A DNA stretch of 64,000 nucleotides from Gekko japonicus (GCF_001447785.1 NW_015162497.1:413381-477380), one strand, 5' to 3'; numbered from the stretch's first letter, positions 47,108 through 59,814 are shown. Numbers and translations: made by a program. The notes: a model not told the origin generated them from the letters alone.

Positions 47108-48020
47108 TCTATGTATCTAATTCCCAAGTGTGCCCCCATCTGTGGATCTCTAAATCTGCAGATAAGGGGCACACTTACCCCAAACAGTTTTTTTCTGCAA
47201 ACTTGGGTGACCCCCTAGTTTTGCAAAAGATCTGAAAAGTTAAAGAATACATTGGGGGGGGGGGTTTAAATTCCTTCCCCAATAAAAAAAGGGTTTTCTG
47301 CACAAGTGTGGGCAACACATTTACTGTAGAGCAGCTGGAGAGGGGACTGAGCTTTGGAGCTTCTGGCAGGCCCGGGAGGAGAGGTAGGGGAGCTTCAGTG
47401 GGTGCACCCAGAGCAGCTTCAGGCAAGCCACTGAGAGAGGTGGGGGGAGGGGAATCCACCAAGAGTGGGGAGGGGGAAAAAAGCCTTGGCAGCCAGCCTG
47501 GAACAGCTGTGGGCAAGCAGCTGTGAGTGGGAAAGGGGAGAAGGAAGCCTCAGTGGGCTTGCTTTGAGCAGCTCGGGGGGGGGGAAGCCTCAGTGGGCCC
47601 GGCTGGAGCTTTTTGGGTGAGCCACAGCGAGTGGTGGTGGGAGGGAAGGCAGTGGGCCCAGTGACGGCTGCAGGGGAGCCCAGGTGCCACACCAGAAGAA
47701 GAAAAAAGAGAAAAGTAGAGATTGGATTTATACTCCACCCATGACTTGGATTCTTGGAGTGGCTTACAATCTCCTTTCTCTTCCCCTCTGAGAGAACTCT
47801 TTCGAGGACTGCCCTTGAGAGAACAGCTGTGAGAGAACTTGTGACTGACCCAAGGTCACACCATAGCGGCTTGTCGAGGAGTGGGGAATCAAACCCAGTT
47901 CTCCCAGATTAGAGTCCACACTCTTAACCACTATACCAAACCAGGTCCAGCAACAAAGTGTGTGTATGTGTGTGGGGGGGAGATGGGATTCTCCCCACAA
48001 GTATTGCAGGCCCTCACTTG
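47108..48020 (+). mobile_element. Older CTTG-family Helitron with a nested SINE
   Basis: A|TCTATGTATCTAATTCC..CTGTGGATCTCTAAATCTGCA start; imperfect hairpin CCCACAAGTATTGCAGG, then CCCTCACTTG|T. Confidence 0.65.
47694..47943 (-). mobile_element. Squam3-like SINE
   Basis: Reverse-complement head (GGGGAATCAAACCCAGTTCTCCCAGATTAGAGTCC..CACTATACCAAAC). Confidence 0.85.
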
Positions 48021-48089
48021 TGGTTCCTGAATGATGGATAAAATCCAGTGGTAGGTTGCATGAAATTTATGGATGGTTTGCCAGGCTTG

Positions 48090-48735
48090 AAATCTGAAAC
48101 TTAATTCCAACAAGACAGAAGTGCTACTGGTGAGTGGAAGGTCTGACACCCACTATTAATGGGGTTGTACTCCCCTTGAAAGAACAGATCTGTAGTCGGG
48201 GTACTGTTGGACCCAGGTTTACTGTCGGATAAGCAGGTGGCAGCTGTGGCCAGGAGTGGTTTTTATGAGCTCCAGTGAGTTGGACAGCTGCTGCATTCCC
48301 TGGGCACAAAAGGTTTGGTCACTATAGGGCATGCCCTGGTTATATCTAGAGTAGTTTACTGCAATGCTGTCTATCTGGGGCTGCCCTTAAGAAGTTTTAG
48401 GAAACTGCAACTGGTACAGGATGTTGACTGGAATCCAAAACTCCAGTCTCATCTACACTGGTGCCCAGTTGGTTTTCAGGTACAATTGAAGGTGCTGGCG
48501 CTGACCTTTAAAGCTATACTTGAAGGACTGCCTGTTCCCCTACAGACCATCCTCACTGCTACAATAATCTTTGAAGGCCCTGCTTTGGCACTCCCAACTG
48601 CTGAGATTTGGCAGGTGGCAACCTGGGAGAGGCCATTTTTGGTCATGGTTCCAAAACTTTGGAGACAGTTCCCTTCTGTCCCCTTCTGTTGCCATCTGTC
48701 TCCAGTGGGTGAAGACTTTTTTGTTTGCTTGGTCT
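48090..48735 (+). mobile_element. L2 LINE ORF2 3' fragment
   Basis: LKLNSNKTEVLLV; HALVISRVVYCNAVYLGLPLRSFRKLQLVQ; LHWCPVGFQVQLKVLALTFKA. Confidence 0.85.
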
Positions 48736-48741
48736 TTCACA

Positions 48742-48840
48742 CCACCTACTGCCTGGTCCTTTTTAAATGGAGGTGCCAGGGATTGAATCTGGGACCTTCT
48801 GCATGCAAAGCAGATGCTTCACCACTGAGCCACAGCCCCT
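48742..48840 (-). mobile_element. Squam2-like SINE head
   Basis: GGGATTGAATCTGGGACCTTCTGCATGCAAAGCAGATGC..CCACTGAGCCACAGCCCC. Confidence 0.75.
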
Positions 48841-49129
48841 TCACTAAATAGGAAACAAAAACTGGTTTTATTAGATATTTGTCTCCTGGCTTGGAATGCA
48901 CATTTGCATTAAGCTCCTTGAAATAAAATGCCCCTACTAATTCATTTATAAGACTTATAGCCCAACTTTATGCTCTGATCAGGGCCACCAAGGCAGTAAT
49001 CAGATTAAAAACATATACAATTAAAACACACCTTAAAATCATTAAAATTAAATAAAAACACATAATTAAAACAATTTTAATTGTTTAATTGTTTAAACCA
49101 AGCTAAAATGCACTTATAGTCCAGTATAA

Positions 49130-49895
49130 TCTTTATACTAATACTGAAGTCCCCCCGTCTGTGCGGATAGCTAAATACGCACATCGGGGGGACCTGGGGG
49201 GGAGGGAGAGGTTTGTGCACACGTGGGGCGGTGCCAACGTGTGCACAAAAATCCAAAAAGTGGGAAAAAACCTCGGGGGATGTTTAAATCCCCCCGAAAG
49301 TGCCAGAGCGTTCCGTGCGCACGCGCACGAAATGCTCTGTGAACGCCGCAAGGCGAGCCGCGAGCCGGGAGAGGGGGGAAGACCGGCGAGGGCGGCTCGC
49401 AGCTCTGCCCTCGCATCGGAGCGGGGGGAGGAGAGAGAACAGCGAAATGGAGGAAAGGGGAGTGGGAATGAGGACACTCACCGGTTAACAGGCCAGAGCG
49501 TGCGCGAGGCCGGGAGAGAAGGGAGTTGACGGCCAAGGGAAGGGAAGGGGGGAGCAGAAGCTTCTGGAAATTGTAGTCTTCGATAAGCTACTCCCCTCCC
49601 CTGAACAGGCGAGACAGTCACGTTGGGAAAGCCGACGGGGGCATGTCAGGCTGAGCGGACGTTGTTGCTCAGAATGGAAAGTGACCTCTGGAATAGAAAC
49701 CCAAACCTCACTTCGGAGCCGGAGGGGGGGGAGGCCAGAGGGAGGAGATCGAGCGGGGGGGAGGATACGGGGGAGGAACCAGCAGGATGGGGGGGATTAC
49801 CTTCTCCTGCTGCTTCCTCCTGCGCCTCCTGAGTTCGGAGCTCAGTTTGGAGCTCCGCCTCCCCCACCCCCGCGAGTATTGCGGGCCACCCCTTG
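49130..49895 (+). mobile_element. Young CTTG-family Helitron (CpG-rich)
   Basis: A|TCTTTATACTAATAC start; hairpin CCCGCGA-GTA-TTGCGGG (49869-49885), then CCACCCCTTG|T; no TSD. Confidence 0.85.
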
Positions 49896-50420
49896 TACAA
49901 ATACATAAACGCAGCAATTAAAGCACAGAGCAGGAAGGAAGCATCACCAATGGAATGCTTTGCCTGAGATCTTGGAGAGCGGCTGCCAGTGGGGAGCAGA
50001 CAATGCTGACTTTGATGAACCAAGGGTCTTATTTAGTATAAGGCAGCTTCATTTGTACCTGTGTTCTTTGCATATGAAATGGTCTGCAGCACTGCAGAAC
50101 GAAATTTGGCATGTTACTTTTGCACCCGATCAAATTATTGAAGAACTACTTTACATGTCATGCTGATGTGTAACTTTTTGGATGTCCTTTGAAGCCTGTG
50201 GTTCTTCTGAGATCTTACTTTAATCTTATTTATATCTGACCTATTTCTTGTTTCATTGTATGTAAAAATGATGATGTATCTCCTTAGGCTGTGAGGGGAA
50301 GCATACTTAATTGGAATTACATTGCTAGAAATTAAAGGGTCATCTTTTGCAAGTAAATGTGTTTAATACGGCACTCCAGATAACTGGCAGGAAATCCGTT
50401 TATGGACATTAAATATTTCT

Positions 50421-50454
50421 ACACTTGATCTTAGTCAAAAGGCCGAGAAGAGAT
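50421..50454 (-). pseudogene. 3'-truncated (tailless) U2 snRNA retrocopy
   Basis: Reverse complement ATCTCTTCTCGGCCTTTTGACTAAGATCAAGTGT matches U2 nt 1-34 (2 differences); 13-bp TSD ATTAAATATTTCT. Confidence 0.92.
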
Positions 50455-52489
50455 ATTAAATATTTCTTGCCCATCTAAAGAAAAAAAAAGTTCAGTTGAA
50501 GTAGTGGGCACTCAAAGATAAAGTCATGGTTGTTGTCTTTAAGAACAGCAATAATAAAAACAACTTGCCGTTAGTGATAACATCATAGTGAGGCATAAGA
50601 ATAGAATGCTAAAACTTCTTAGATAGTTTACATTTCTTAAATTATTTCATTGCCATGTGATAACCCCCAAACAAAAACTACCTAAAAAAATAAACCTAGA
50701 GGTGATTTCCCCCCTCTTCTCTCTCTGTTCAATAGGCCATATGAGAGCTAATGTTGACCCTGATTAAGTATCCACACCACAGCCTATTGAGCTAAAAGAC
50801 AGTTAAATATTTTATGTGATCGATGCGGCATATGAAAATCATTTGCCTTTGTTTCCTAAGTATCAATATATTTGATGGGCGGCAGCAGCCCAATTAAGTG
50901 AAAGTACTGATGCAGGTTAACTTGGTAATTCTTCCTCTGCCCCCTTGCTTTCTTTTTCTCCACCTGATAAATTAATCTATATATTAAAGCAAGGTTTATG
51001 TACATTTACATGATTTGTTTGGATTACTTCAGTCACTTGCAACTTGGATTTCTTTGAAGCTATTGCCTTTATGTGTATAGTTTTTTTGCTGACTGCATTG
51101 ATCACAGATGGATTTAAGTGGGCAACTCAGTACAATTTTGACATTCGGTGTTGCTCAGTTAGCGTTCTAACTGATTACCACGTGGTAACATTGTATGGTG
51201 TAAAGCTAAGGCTAAAGTCACAAATAAGTCCTCTATTTGTGAGAACTGGAGAAACAGAGGTGCAGCCTTTCCCCTGCAATTCTCACCCTTGCCTTCTTAG
51301 AGAAAGAGGGGGTGATGTTTCTCCCAGATAAGGGGGTGTGCCTGCAGGAGTTCATACTCCAGTTGAGAAAATGCTCGTGATTTAATGTTGATATGAAAGC
51401 ATCAGAAGTGTGCAAAGAAATAAAGTATGACTTACAATGAGAGATGAAATGCAGAGAAGTAGATTTTAGGGGAGATGGCAGAATTTACAGAAGCAGAATA
51501 TCCCAGGCAGTTGGCCAAGAAGACCCAGGATGACAGATTTAAGACTCACCAGAAGGAAGCCCTTATATCAGTAGGAAGAAATTCAAATGCATTGCAGAAT
51601 GCTTGCTGCTGTCCAGCAAAAAAAAAAAAAAAAAGGTAAATAAGCTGAAGGAAGCCTGACCTTATTGTGGGCAGAGAAATGCAGGGAAACAATTTCCAAA
51701 GGAGAAGGGGAGTGGATGTGCTTGAGCGGGGGTGGGGATCAGCAACATTTGGACAAATTCAGGAGCAGCTGTCATATTGACTGGTAAGTGGCCGAATAAA
51801 TTACTGTGAAACTTGAATAGCTTGGAATGGGGTGGGGAGGGGAGATGTTGAGAGTTGTTGCCTCTAGCAACATTTTTATGACTGAGCATGTTAATAGTAT
51901 CTCTGTGCAAGGTTTGAAACAAACCATATTCTGTAGGAAGGGGTTAGAATCTCACTGGAAGTTCTGGAAGGAGCCAGTCTTTTGGCTATCCCAAGTGGTG
52001 AATGTTTGATAACTTTTATTTAATAGGAAGTAACAAGGCAGTGGTAGTTAGGAATGTTGTTCACTGAATATGTGAGTATAGATATTACTGTAACTCAGAT
52101 TTATGATACAAAGAAAATTAATCCCTTTGGGGACTTAAAAGACACTATAGATGTTCTGGAAACATTATTATAATTCATTTATATTAACTTCAATTAGTCT
52201 GAAAGTCCCTATCAAAGTAATATGTCTGTCTGGGCATTGTTTATGTTTATCAATATGTCTTTCAGCATAGGATTATTAATTCGTTTAACCTAATTAGGTA
52301 CAATAAGTTGAAAGTTATGTCTTTGTGCTTTTTTGGGGTTACATTTATGCACCTTTCAGATTTCAATAAATCAACAGCTTTTTTCCTAAATGTCTTCTAA
52401 AGAATAGCACAGATAATGAGATCAAAGATATGTTATGCAAACTGCTTTACAGCATGGGTAGAAAGTCTTCAAACACATATCAGTTGAAT

Positions 52490-52722
52490 GAAGAAGATTA
52501 GGTTTTATACCCTGCTTTTCTGTACCTTAAGGGTTCTCAAAGTGGCTTACAATCACCTTTCCCCTCCCTACAACAGGCACCTTGTGAGGTAGGTGGGGCT
52601 GAGAGAGTTCTGAGACAATAGTGACTGGCCCAAGGTCACCCAAGAGGCTTCATGTGGAGGAGTGGGGAATCAAACCTGCTTCTCAAGATTAGAGTCCACC
52701 ACTCTTAACCACTAAATCACAT
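52490..52722 (-). mobile_element. Squam3-like SINE
   Basis: Reverse-complement match to the 9282 element, without its internal extra segment. Confidence 0.85.
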
Positions 52723-55700
52723 GGTGTGTGGTAGAATTTATTGGTGGAAAAGCAACCAATAATTTGTATTGCTTATATATGTGGCAAAAAATGTCAAGGC
52801 TTGTAAGAAACCCTCTTTCTTATTGGTAGTTGCCTTCCCTGCCGTGATTGAACCCAGAACTCCCATGGGTAAACCTGTTTTATTATTGTAGTTAACTTCT
52901 GACTTAGTATTATGTGCTTGAAACTAGTTGAAGAACATAACATCTAAAGCAGTGAAAATAAGTTTGGGATTAATGCATAGCATTTTTAACTGCTTGGCAC
53001 AAAAGTCCAGCAACCTACTATGTAGCATGAGAATACGTTTTGTTGTCAGAAGTATGTTGTTGATTCAGTGCAGTTTTACAAGTGTGTGAAATATCAAGGG
53101 TGTTTCATGATGCATTCTGGCTTTTTGAGTGCTCTGTATTACAAAAGCAGGAACTCTAGTCTCAGTGAGTGTGACAACATTCTCCATCTTTGTGAAGTTT
53201 GCATTGATATCCAGCTTGAAGGACTGAATAAGGACTGCGGACAGCTCTCTGGATTCTTTGTTCAGGCAAAAGCAAAAGAGCTGCAGCTGCAGTTAATGAA
53301 GAGCTAGTGGGTCATCCCACATCTGTCAGGGAACGTTCACCCCAACAGCACAGAGAAGGAATGACATTAAAGGTTAGCAGGGGGAAAAGGACTGTCTTGC
53401 TGAGTTGGGCAGAATAGGCGGCATTGTGCTGTACTAAAAATAGAAAACATGTAATTATTGCTTGTCTGGACAAGTTGTGTGCTTTGTGGAAAGAAGAGAG
53501 CAGCATGGCAGAATGTTGCTAAAACATAACCATTACATTTAAACTTATTTCAGTGAGATCTTGTCTAACTAGGGCTGTAGATACAAAAGAAATAGGCAAA
53601 GTAAGTTGGAATATGGCACAAGGTGTAGGTTTTTATTGTTTCATCCCATCATGCTTGGTAACTGGTGAATTTCTGATCTTCATTGTCTTTCCTGTAGAGG
53701 TGGGACCTTGATATGGTTTTTGCAGATAAATAGTACTATTTTAGGATGTACTTTACAATAGTACTTTGCATATTTTAGGATGTAGTGAGAATCCAGGACA
53801 AAACAAGGACTTTGGACTAGGCAGATTGTCCCTAAGTACTAGTAAACAGCTGCAGCATCATAAGGACTATTTTTTTTTATCTAACCATAATAATAAACTG
53901 GCTCTGAAAGGGCAAATGAAACCTATGATCCTTACAAGATCACCGTAGGATCCTGTAAAAAGGATCTAGGTGAGGGTGGGCATGTCCAGACAAGTTGCAA
54001 AGAAGCAGGTAGAGAAGGCAATATGACTGCTTTCTATTATCTTCTTCTGAGAACTTGACAACTCTGGCTTGTATCTTTGCCATGTTTTAATGTCTCTCCT
54101 CTCTCATTCTGTCTCCTCTCCTCTCCAGTTCCTAATTCCTGATTCTGTATGCTGCCCTGACTTGTTTGATTCCTACCTCTCTTAGAGGTTCTGATAGAGC
54201 TTTTCTTGTAGAAGGACATTTGCTGAAGTCCTACTTTTTATTATTTTACAATATTTCTGAGAGCCCTGACCTGGAGCCCTGAGGCTTGACCCTGCCTGTC
54301 AATTCTCGACAGAAAATCGGGAAGTGGCATGTCAACAAAACTCATGAATTTTAGATATGTATGTCATAAAACATGGCTAAGCAATTCATGGGGAGGAATG
54401 GTCAGAGATATACAACACATGAAGGGACAAGTGGGGAAATAGGAGCCCTTTGCAATTGCTTAAATGCTTCAAACCACTTATCTCAAAGTTAGGATGTGCT
54501 GCCATGAACACTGTGCATTAGATTTGCCTGTGTTTGTGTCCTACCTAGGCCATGGTTGTATTTGAGCAAGCCCTACCTCTCAGTTTCAGTTTCCCATATA
54601 TAAAATATGAAACACAATTTAGCTCTGCCCAGCTATATTTTTGCCATCCTCTGTTTGGTGTCAGATGCTTTTTGCAGCTGTTTCAACTGCAGACAATAGC
54701 AGCCTCCTATTAGAGTGGAAAGGGAACGGCTAGGCAGTGTCTTCTTGTACTCTGTCTGTTGCAATGATGCTGAGTAGTGACAGGGTCTGACTCCTGACCA
54801 GAAATATGAAATGCAAACATTCCTGCGCTATGTGGGTGGCTGAGCCAATGAATTCCAGTGGCCCATAGAGGCTCCTTTTCATGGGGTACTCAATGAAGTG
54901 ATGACCATGTGAAGAGGTTCACTGTTTCCTGGGTTATGCAAACTGGCAAGATAGCTTTTCATGCAATTAAATCAATACAAACTGATTTTTCAGTGATCTA
55001 TGTAAGCTGAACTGCTCTATTGATTGTTGTGGTTCAGTTTGCCTTTTGCCACATGAGTTGAATGGAGAGATGGGTTTCAGTCTCAATCTGCAGAAATATT
55101 GCATCATTCATAAAACCCGTTTAAAAAAAACATGCACACAAGTGTTTTTTTTAAAAAAAAACACCGATTTTATGTTGACATCAACGCATTTAACAAAATA
55201 TGTTTGCCTATGCTGTGCAGTAGTGGCAGCATGTGAAAATTAAGGGACCTTCAGTATAGATAACTTGTTTTGGAAGCTGTTGCATCATCCATGTTGCCTA
55301 TGCAGCAGCTACAATTACCAGGAAGTATAGCCTTGGGGAGTTCATGTAATATGTTACACAGTTTCTGAACAACATATATGCTACATCTTGCAAATGTTCT
55401 GTAGCAGTTTCTTTGGAAAATGAATGAGATACCTTAAGACTTTTATTCTCGATGTGTCTAATATAAGGTTAATGGTCTTCTGTTTTTACTCTTTTAAGTT
55501 GAAGAGCTGCTGCCTCAGCTGGACTGAGAAAAGTGGATATCTATTGGTCATGCTGTAGCAGATACAGAGCTTTGGGGGAAGGCATTAGAGAGATATTGCG
55601 TTGATCCATATTATCTACATTATTGTCATTCCTTCAGTGCTCCATCAAGAGATTGGTGACGAACACCAACACAGAGATAGAGTTGAAAAAGATATATTTG

Positions 55701-57485
55701 AAACTGCTTTTTGGGAAAGCATGTTAAAATATTCTAAGAACATAGTCAAAACAGTGTCAAGAATATTTGCATCAAGGTTTTGTATTGTACTCATACCACT
55801 ATCTACTGGCTTTGCCTATATTTGTGAAATGTAATTTATATCAGGATGAATGTTGTCTAGAATAAGAAATTTGCATTATAAACATTATAAAAAGTATAAC
55901 CAAGAGTGTTAAAGTTATAGTATAGTGGTTTTCTTTAGTGAGTTCATTTTTCCCAATTGTAGTTGATACAGCAGCTGGTGAAAACCAATATGGCTGTCAT
56001 TAAAATGATAGTTTCTGCATATTGTGAGCAGTAAATATTTTAAGGATTTGGTGGGGTTATCACTATATCAATCAATAAGCAGCTTCCACTAAAGATCTAA
56101 TACACTGTTTGCATGCTGATGCTAGGACTCAGTGTTCACAACTGCTAAAATGTAGCTGGAATTCTAGAAGCTATGCTGTTCTTTGAATCAGTGGGCTTCA
56201 GTATCTCTCCACCCCACATGGCCCTTTAATAGAAGAATCAGCAAAAGTCTGCTAATATACTGGCCAGCTACTGCTGCTGTTACTTGTTGCAGTGTTTTTC
56301 TCCTCATTGTTGCCTTCTCCAGTCATCAACCTGATTTTAGAAGGACTCTGTTCTGCATCTTGTGCTGCCTAACCTCCCACTCAAATCCTAGATATAATTC
56401 TTGAGGGCAGGAATACATCAGCATCTTCAGTTGACAGTCTGATGCAAACAATGCAATACAGCTGGAGGTGTGACAAGTGAGCAATTTCATCAGCATATAG
56501 GCTGTTGTAGGGTGAGTTTAGTCCATTCCAACAGCACAGGGAGCTGCAATTTATGCTTTCCACTGTTCCAAGCTTGTTGAATGCTTCTCTTGTTTTGTTG
56601 TTGTTGTCGTTTTGTCTTTTTCCTTGCATCTTCTTATCATTCTTGTCTGCCTGTAAGTAATATATCCTGAGATCTCCCTGCTGCTTGGAAGGCCTATAGC
56701 TAGTTAATTCTTTTTGCAGTTGTATTGTTGTACTGAACTTTATTGAATGTAGCTCTGCATGTGTGAGCTGGTTTATTTCTCTAACCTCTGATAACACACA
56801 TGCAGGACAGACTTCCATGAGGATATGTGCATAATGGCAACCTGTTGATGGTCAGAGAGTGCATGATCACAGATTTTTGGTGGTACTATTAATTACTAAG
56901 TCCAGCTGTCTGGGGACTTTCCCTGACCTCCAAACAGGTAATCAGTGTTGTAATTGACAATTAGACACACATTTCTGTACCCTGTATGAGGCTTTATAGC
57001 CAGAGTAAGTGCACATGCTACAAGATATGAGGGCCTGAAGAATAAAATGAGGGGTGTTTTCCCCCCAGGGATCCCCCCCCCCCCAGTTTTTCTGGCTGAA
57101 AATAACACTGAAAAGAAACTCCTATGAAATATTTTCTGTTTTAGAATGAGTAAAATTCTTCTTAAGCCAAGGTTTTCCACATTCAAAATGTATAGCATTG
57201 AAAAAGTCTGAGGATATTTTTTCCCAATTTTTGCCAATGGAAAACTTGGTACAACCGACTTGTCTTACTTGTTGTGACTCTGAGTTTCTGTCCAAGCAAT
57301 GCATTTCCTTATGCCTTCACCTCCCCCCCCCCCACACACCTAAAATGGGAAATGGGAAAAAATCAAAATACATGTGTTGTGATAGCACAATCAGTTTGCA
57401 ACTTTTTCTCAAATATTGGGTATATTTGTCATCTTATACAAAATGAAGATATTTATACTTTTAAATTCCATAAATATTCCAAGTA

Positions 57486-59285
57486 GTCATTTCCGGTTGA
57501 TGGCGGCGCACTAGCAGTCTCACCTCCCGGACCTCCCGGGGGTGAAGCTGCACTCCAGCCGAAGGAGGGGGTACGCAGGTTCATCACCCCCCCAGGGACC
57601 CGGCTGAAGGGGCTCTGGCCATGGGACTCCTGAGAGGTCGCCTCTTCGCCGGCGCAATGCCGGGGAATTGAGGCGCCTCTCCATTCCGATGGTTCTTCGA
57701 GCTCTGAGGCCGAATGGAACTAAGCAACACCGACCGGGGCAAGTGCAGGAGGTCGAGCGAGAGAAACAGAGCTTAAATGAGGTCTGATGACCAATTATGA
57801 ACGTGAATCCAATTAAAGCGTACTAGTTAAAATGAAAAGAAAGCTCCCCACCCCACGGAACAGAAAGCGAGGCGAGTGGGGGAGGAACGCCTCCCATGTG
57901 CACGAACCTTTAAGCGAATTGGAGAGGGGGAGCAGAAGAGAAAGTGAACAAAACTGTTGAGAAAGACTTGCCAAAGCAAGCGTGAGCGTATAAGCGCATA
58001 TTCAGAGACTTTTAAAATACTGGCTAAAGTAAACAATCTATAAAGATGGCGGGGAAGAGGATGGAGAAAGAGAAACTTCTAAAAGCTAAAGGAACTGAGA
58101 GCCCAAGACCGGAAGGAACCAATGAGCTGGCAAAGACATTGGCGGAATCCATGTGCCCCCTGCTGGATCAGATGAATAATCTCAAGGAGCAGTTGTCAAC
58201 AATGAATCAGTGTATCACCACTCAGCAAAAACAGTTGAATGAGACTCTTAAAATGATGAATCAAACAGCTAAGAAGGTGAAAGAAGTGGACACCACTGCC
58301 CAAAGGGTGAAGAAGAAAGTACAAAAACTGGAAAAGAAGCAAATCTCCACGGAAGATCAGCTGTTACAACTACAAATGGAAAAAGCTAATATGATTCTTC
58401 ACTTCCAGGGCATTCCAGAAACTAAGGGAGAGAATCTGAAGGAACTGATGAGTGAAATACTAGCCCCAGTGACAGAGATGAAGGCAGAATCCTTGCTGAG
58501 CGATATGGATGTGGTCTATAGGTCATATTCAGGATATATAAAGAAAAATAATCTGCCTGGGGAAATAGTGATAAGATTCTCAAAGAGGCATGTGAGGGAT
58601 GCAATTCTGAAAGCGGCATCTGGAGCACCCTTGAAAGTTGGAGACAATACTATCAGAATTTTAAAAGACATTCCATTTGAAATAAGACAAAGGAGAAAGA
58701 AGTACAAAGATTTAATTCTTTTTCTCCAGACAAATGCAATTGGATACAGATGGCTAACTCCAGAAGACGTAACCTTCAAAATTAAGGACAAAAAGAAAAA
58801 GATTGACTCTGTTCAAAAAGCACGGGAATTTTTAAGAGTCCAGCTGGGAGAGCCAGAGGAGGAAGAGAAAGAAGGGATGGACAGCAAGTCCAGTGGCGAG
58901 CTGGACTCGGGGTCTTCTGGAGAGGACTCTCTATCAGAGAAAGGGGCAGCTGCCCCTAAAAGTCCTTATAAATTGCATAAAAGACTGGACAAGGGAAAAT
59001 GAAGGCTTGAAGGACTCTGAATTGTGCCTTTGAAAATATTGACACTAGATGCTTAGGGGTCTTTCTTGTTAACAGTTAAATTTAAGATTTGAAAAAGATA
59101 ATACTATACTTGACTCAGTTCATAATGGGACTAGCGTGATTGAGAGATAACGTATGTTAAGCTAATTTGATGATCTCCTCTCTTGGGTTTTTAGGTAGTA
59201 GTGGGTATCTTTTCTTTATCCCTAAATGTAGTCCCTTTCCTTTTTTCTGTTGTAGTTTGTAGTCTTAATAAAAATGCAATTAAAT
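57486..59285 (+). mobile_element. ORF1-only L1-derived retrotransposon (half-L1, HAL1-like)
   Basis: L1-type 5' end TTCCGGTTGATGGCGGC, CpG-rich 5'UTR of about 560 nt, intact ORF1, about 265 nt of T-rich 3'UTR, AATAAA at 59267; no ORF2. Confidence 0.75.
58046..59002 (+). CDS. L1 ORF1p (coiled coil + RRM + CTD; Transposase_22 family), 318 aa, intact
   Basis: AAGATGG Kozak context; heptad-rich N-terminus; NMILHFQGIPE, DVVYR, PGEIVIRF, IRILKDIP...RRKKY, YRWLTPE motifs. Confidence 0.88.
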   Translation: MAGKRMEKEKLLKAKGTESPRPEGTNELAKTLAESMCPLLDQMNNLKEQLSTMNQCITTQQKQLNETLKMMNQTAKKVKEVDTTAQRVKKKVQKLEKKQISTEDQLLQLQMEKANMILHFQGIPETKGENLKELMSEILAPVTEMKAESLLSDMDVVYRSYSGYIKKNNLPGEIVIRFSKRHVRDAILKAASGAPLKVGDNTIRILKDIPFEIRQRRKKYKDLILFLQTNAIGYRWLTPEDVTFKIKDKKKKIDSVQKAREFLRVQLGEPEEEEKEGMDSKSSGELDSGSSGEDSLSEKGAAAPKSPYKLHKRLDKGK

Positions 59286-59814
59286 GCCTAATGTCTGTGT
59301 GATTTTATTTAAACTCATAAAATTTGCCTAAATAACTGTACATGCAAATCCCAGTTTTGATGGGGTCATGCAAAAGTAATATCTGGTTTTACTGGAAGAA
59401 CATTTTTAACTGTGGGATATTTTGTAAGTTACCTTTTTTCAAAATAGTTTTCTCATTTGTTACAAATGTAACAACTCAAAGAAGACATTAATATTTCTTT
59501 GGGGAGGGAAACAAAGCCTTCAGTTTGTTCAGTGGCTTGTAAATTCCTTAAGCTAAGTTAAAGTTTGTTATCAAATTGATACAGCAAAGCAAAGTTAAAG
59601 ATCTGTACAACAGTGTTAACAAGGTTGTTGCATTTTCCATTGAGACATGAACAATTGATGTAGTCTTATATCAATTGATTTAGATTTTATTTTAACCTTC
59701 TGTCAATATTAGGGTTTTGTGTAGCTCTCCCACAAGCAATCTGTAGTCTGATCTTTGTCATTCATGTTAGCATACATTTTAAACACAATATTATATTATG
59801 GCCAAAAAACCCTC

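Noticed and set aside
49130-49895. Second CpG-island promoter
   Set aside because: CpG richness is bounded exactly by Helitron termini; better explained as a young TE.
53940-54310. Old hAT transposase N-terminal fragment
   Set aside because: Only a compositional resemblance; no TIR, TSD or catalytic motif was found.
57775-57850. Hammerhead or C/D snoRNA motif (CTGATGA) in the half-L1 UTR
   Set aside because: No flanking stems or properly spaced GAAA or D box could be built.
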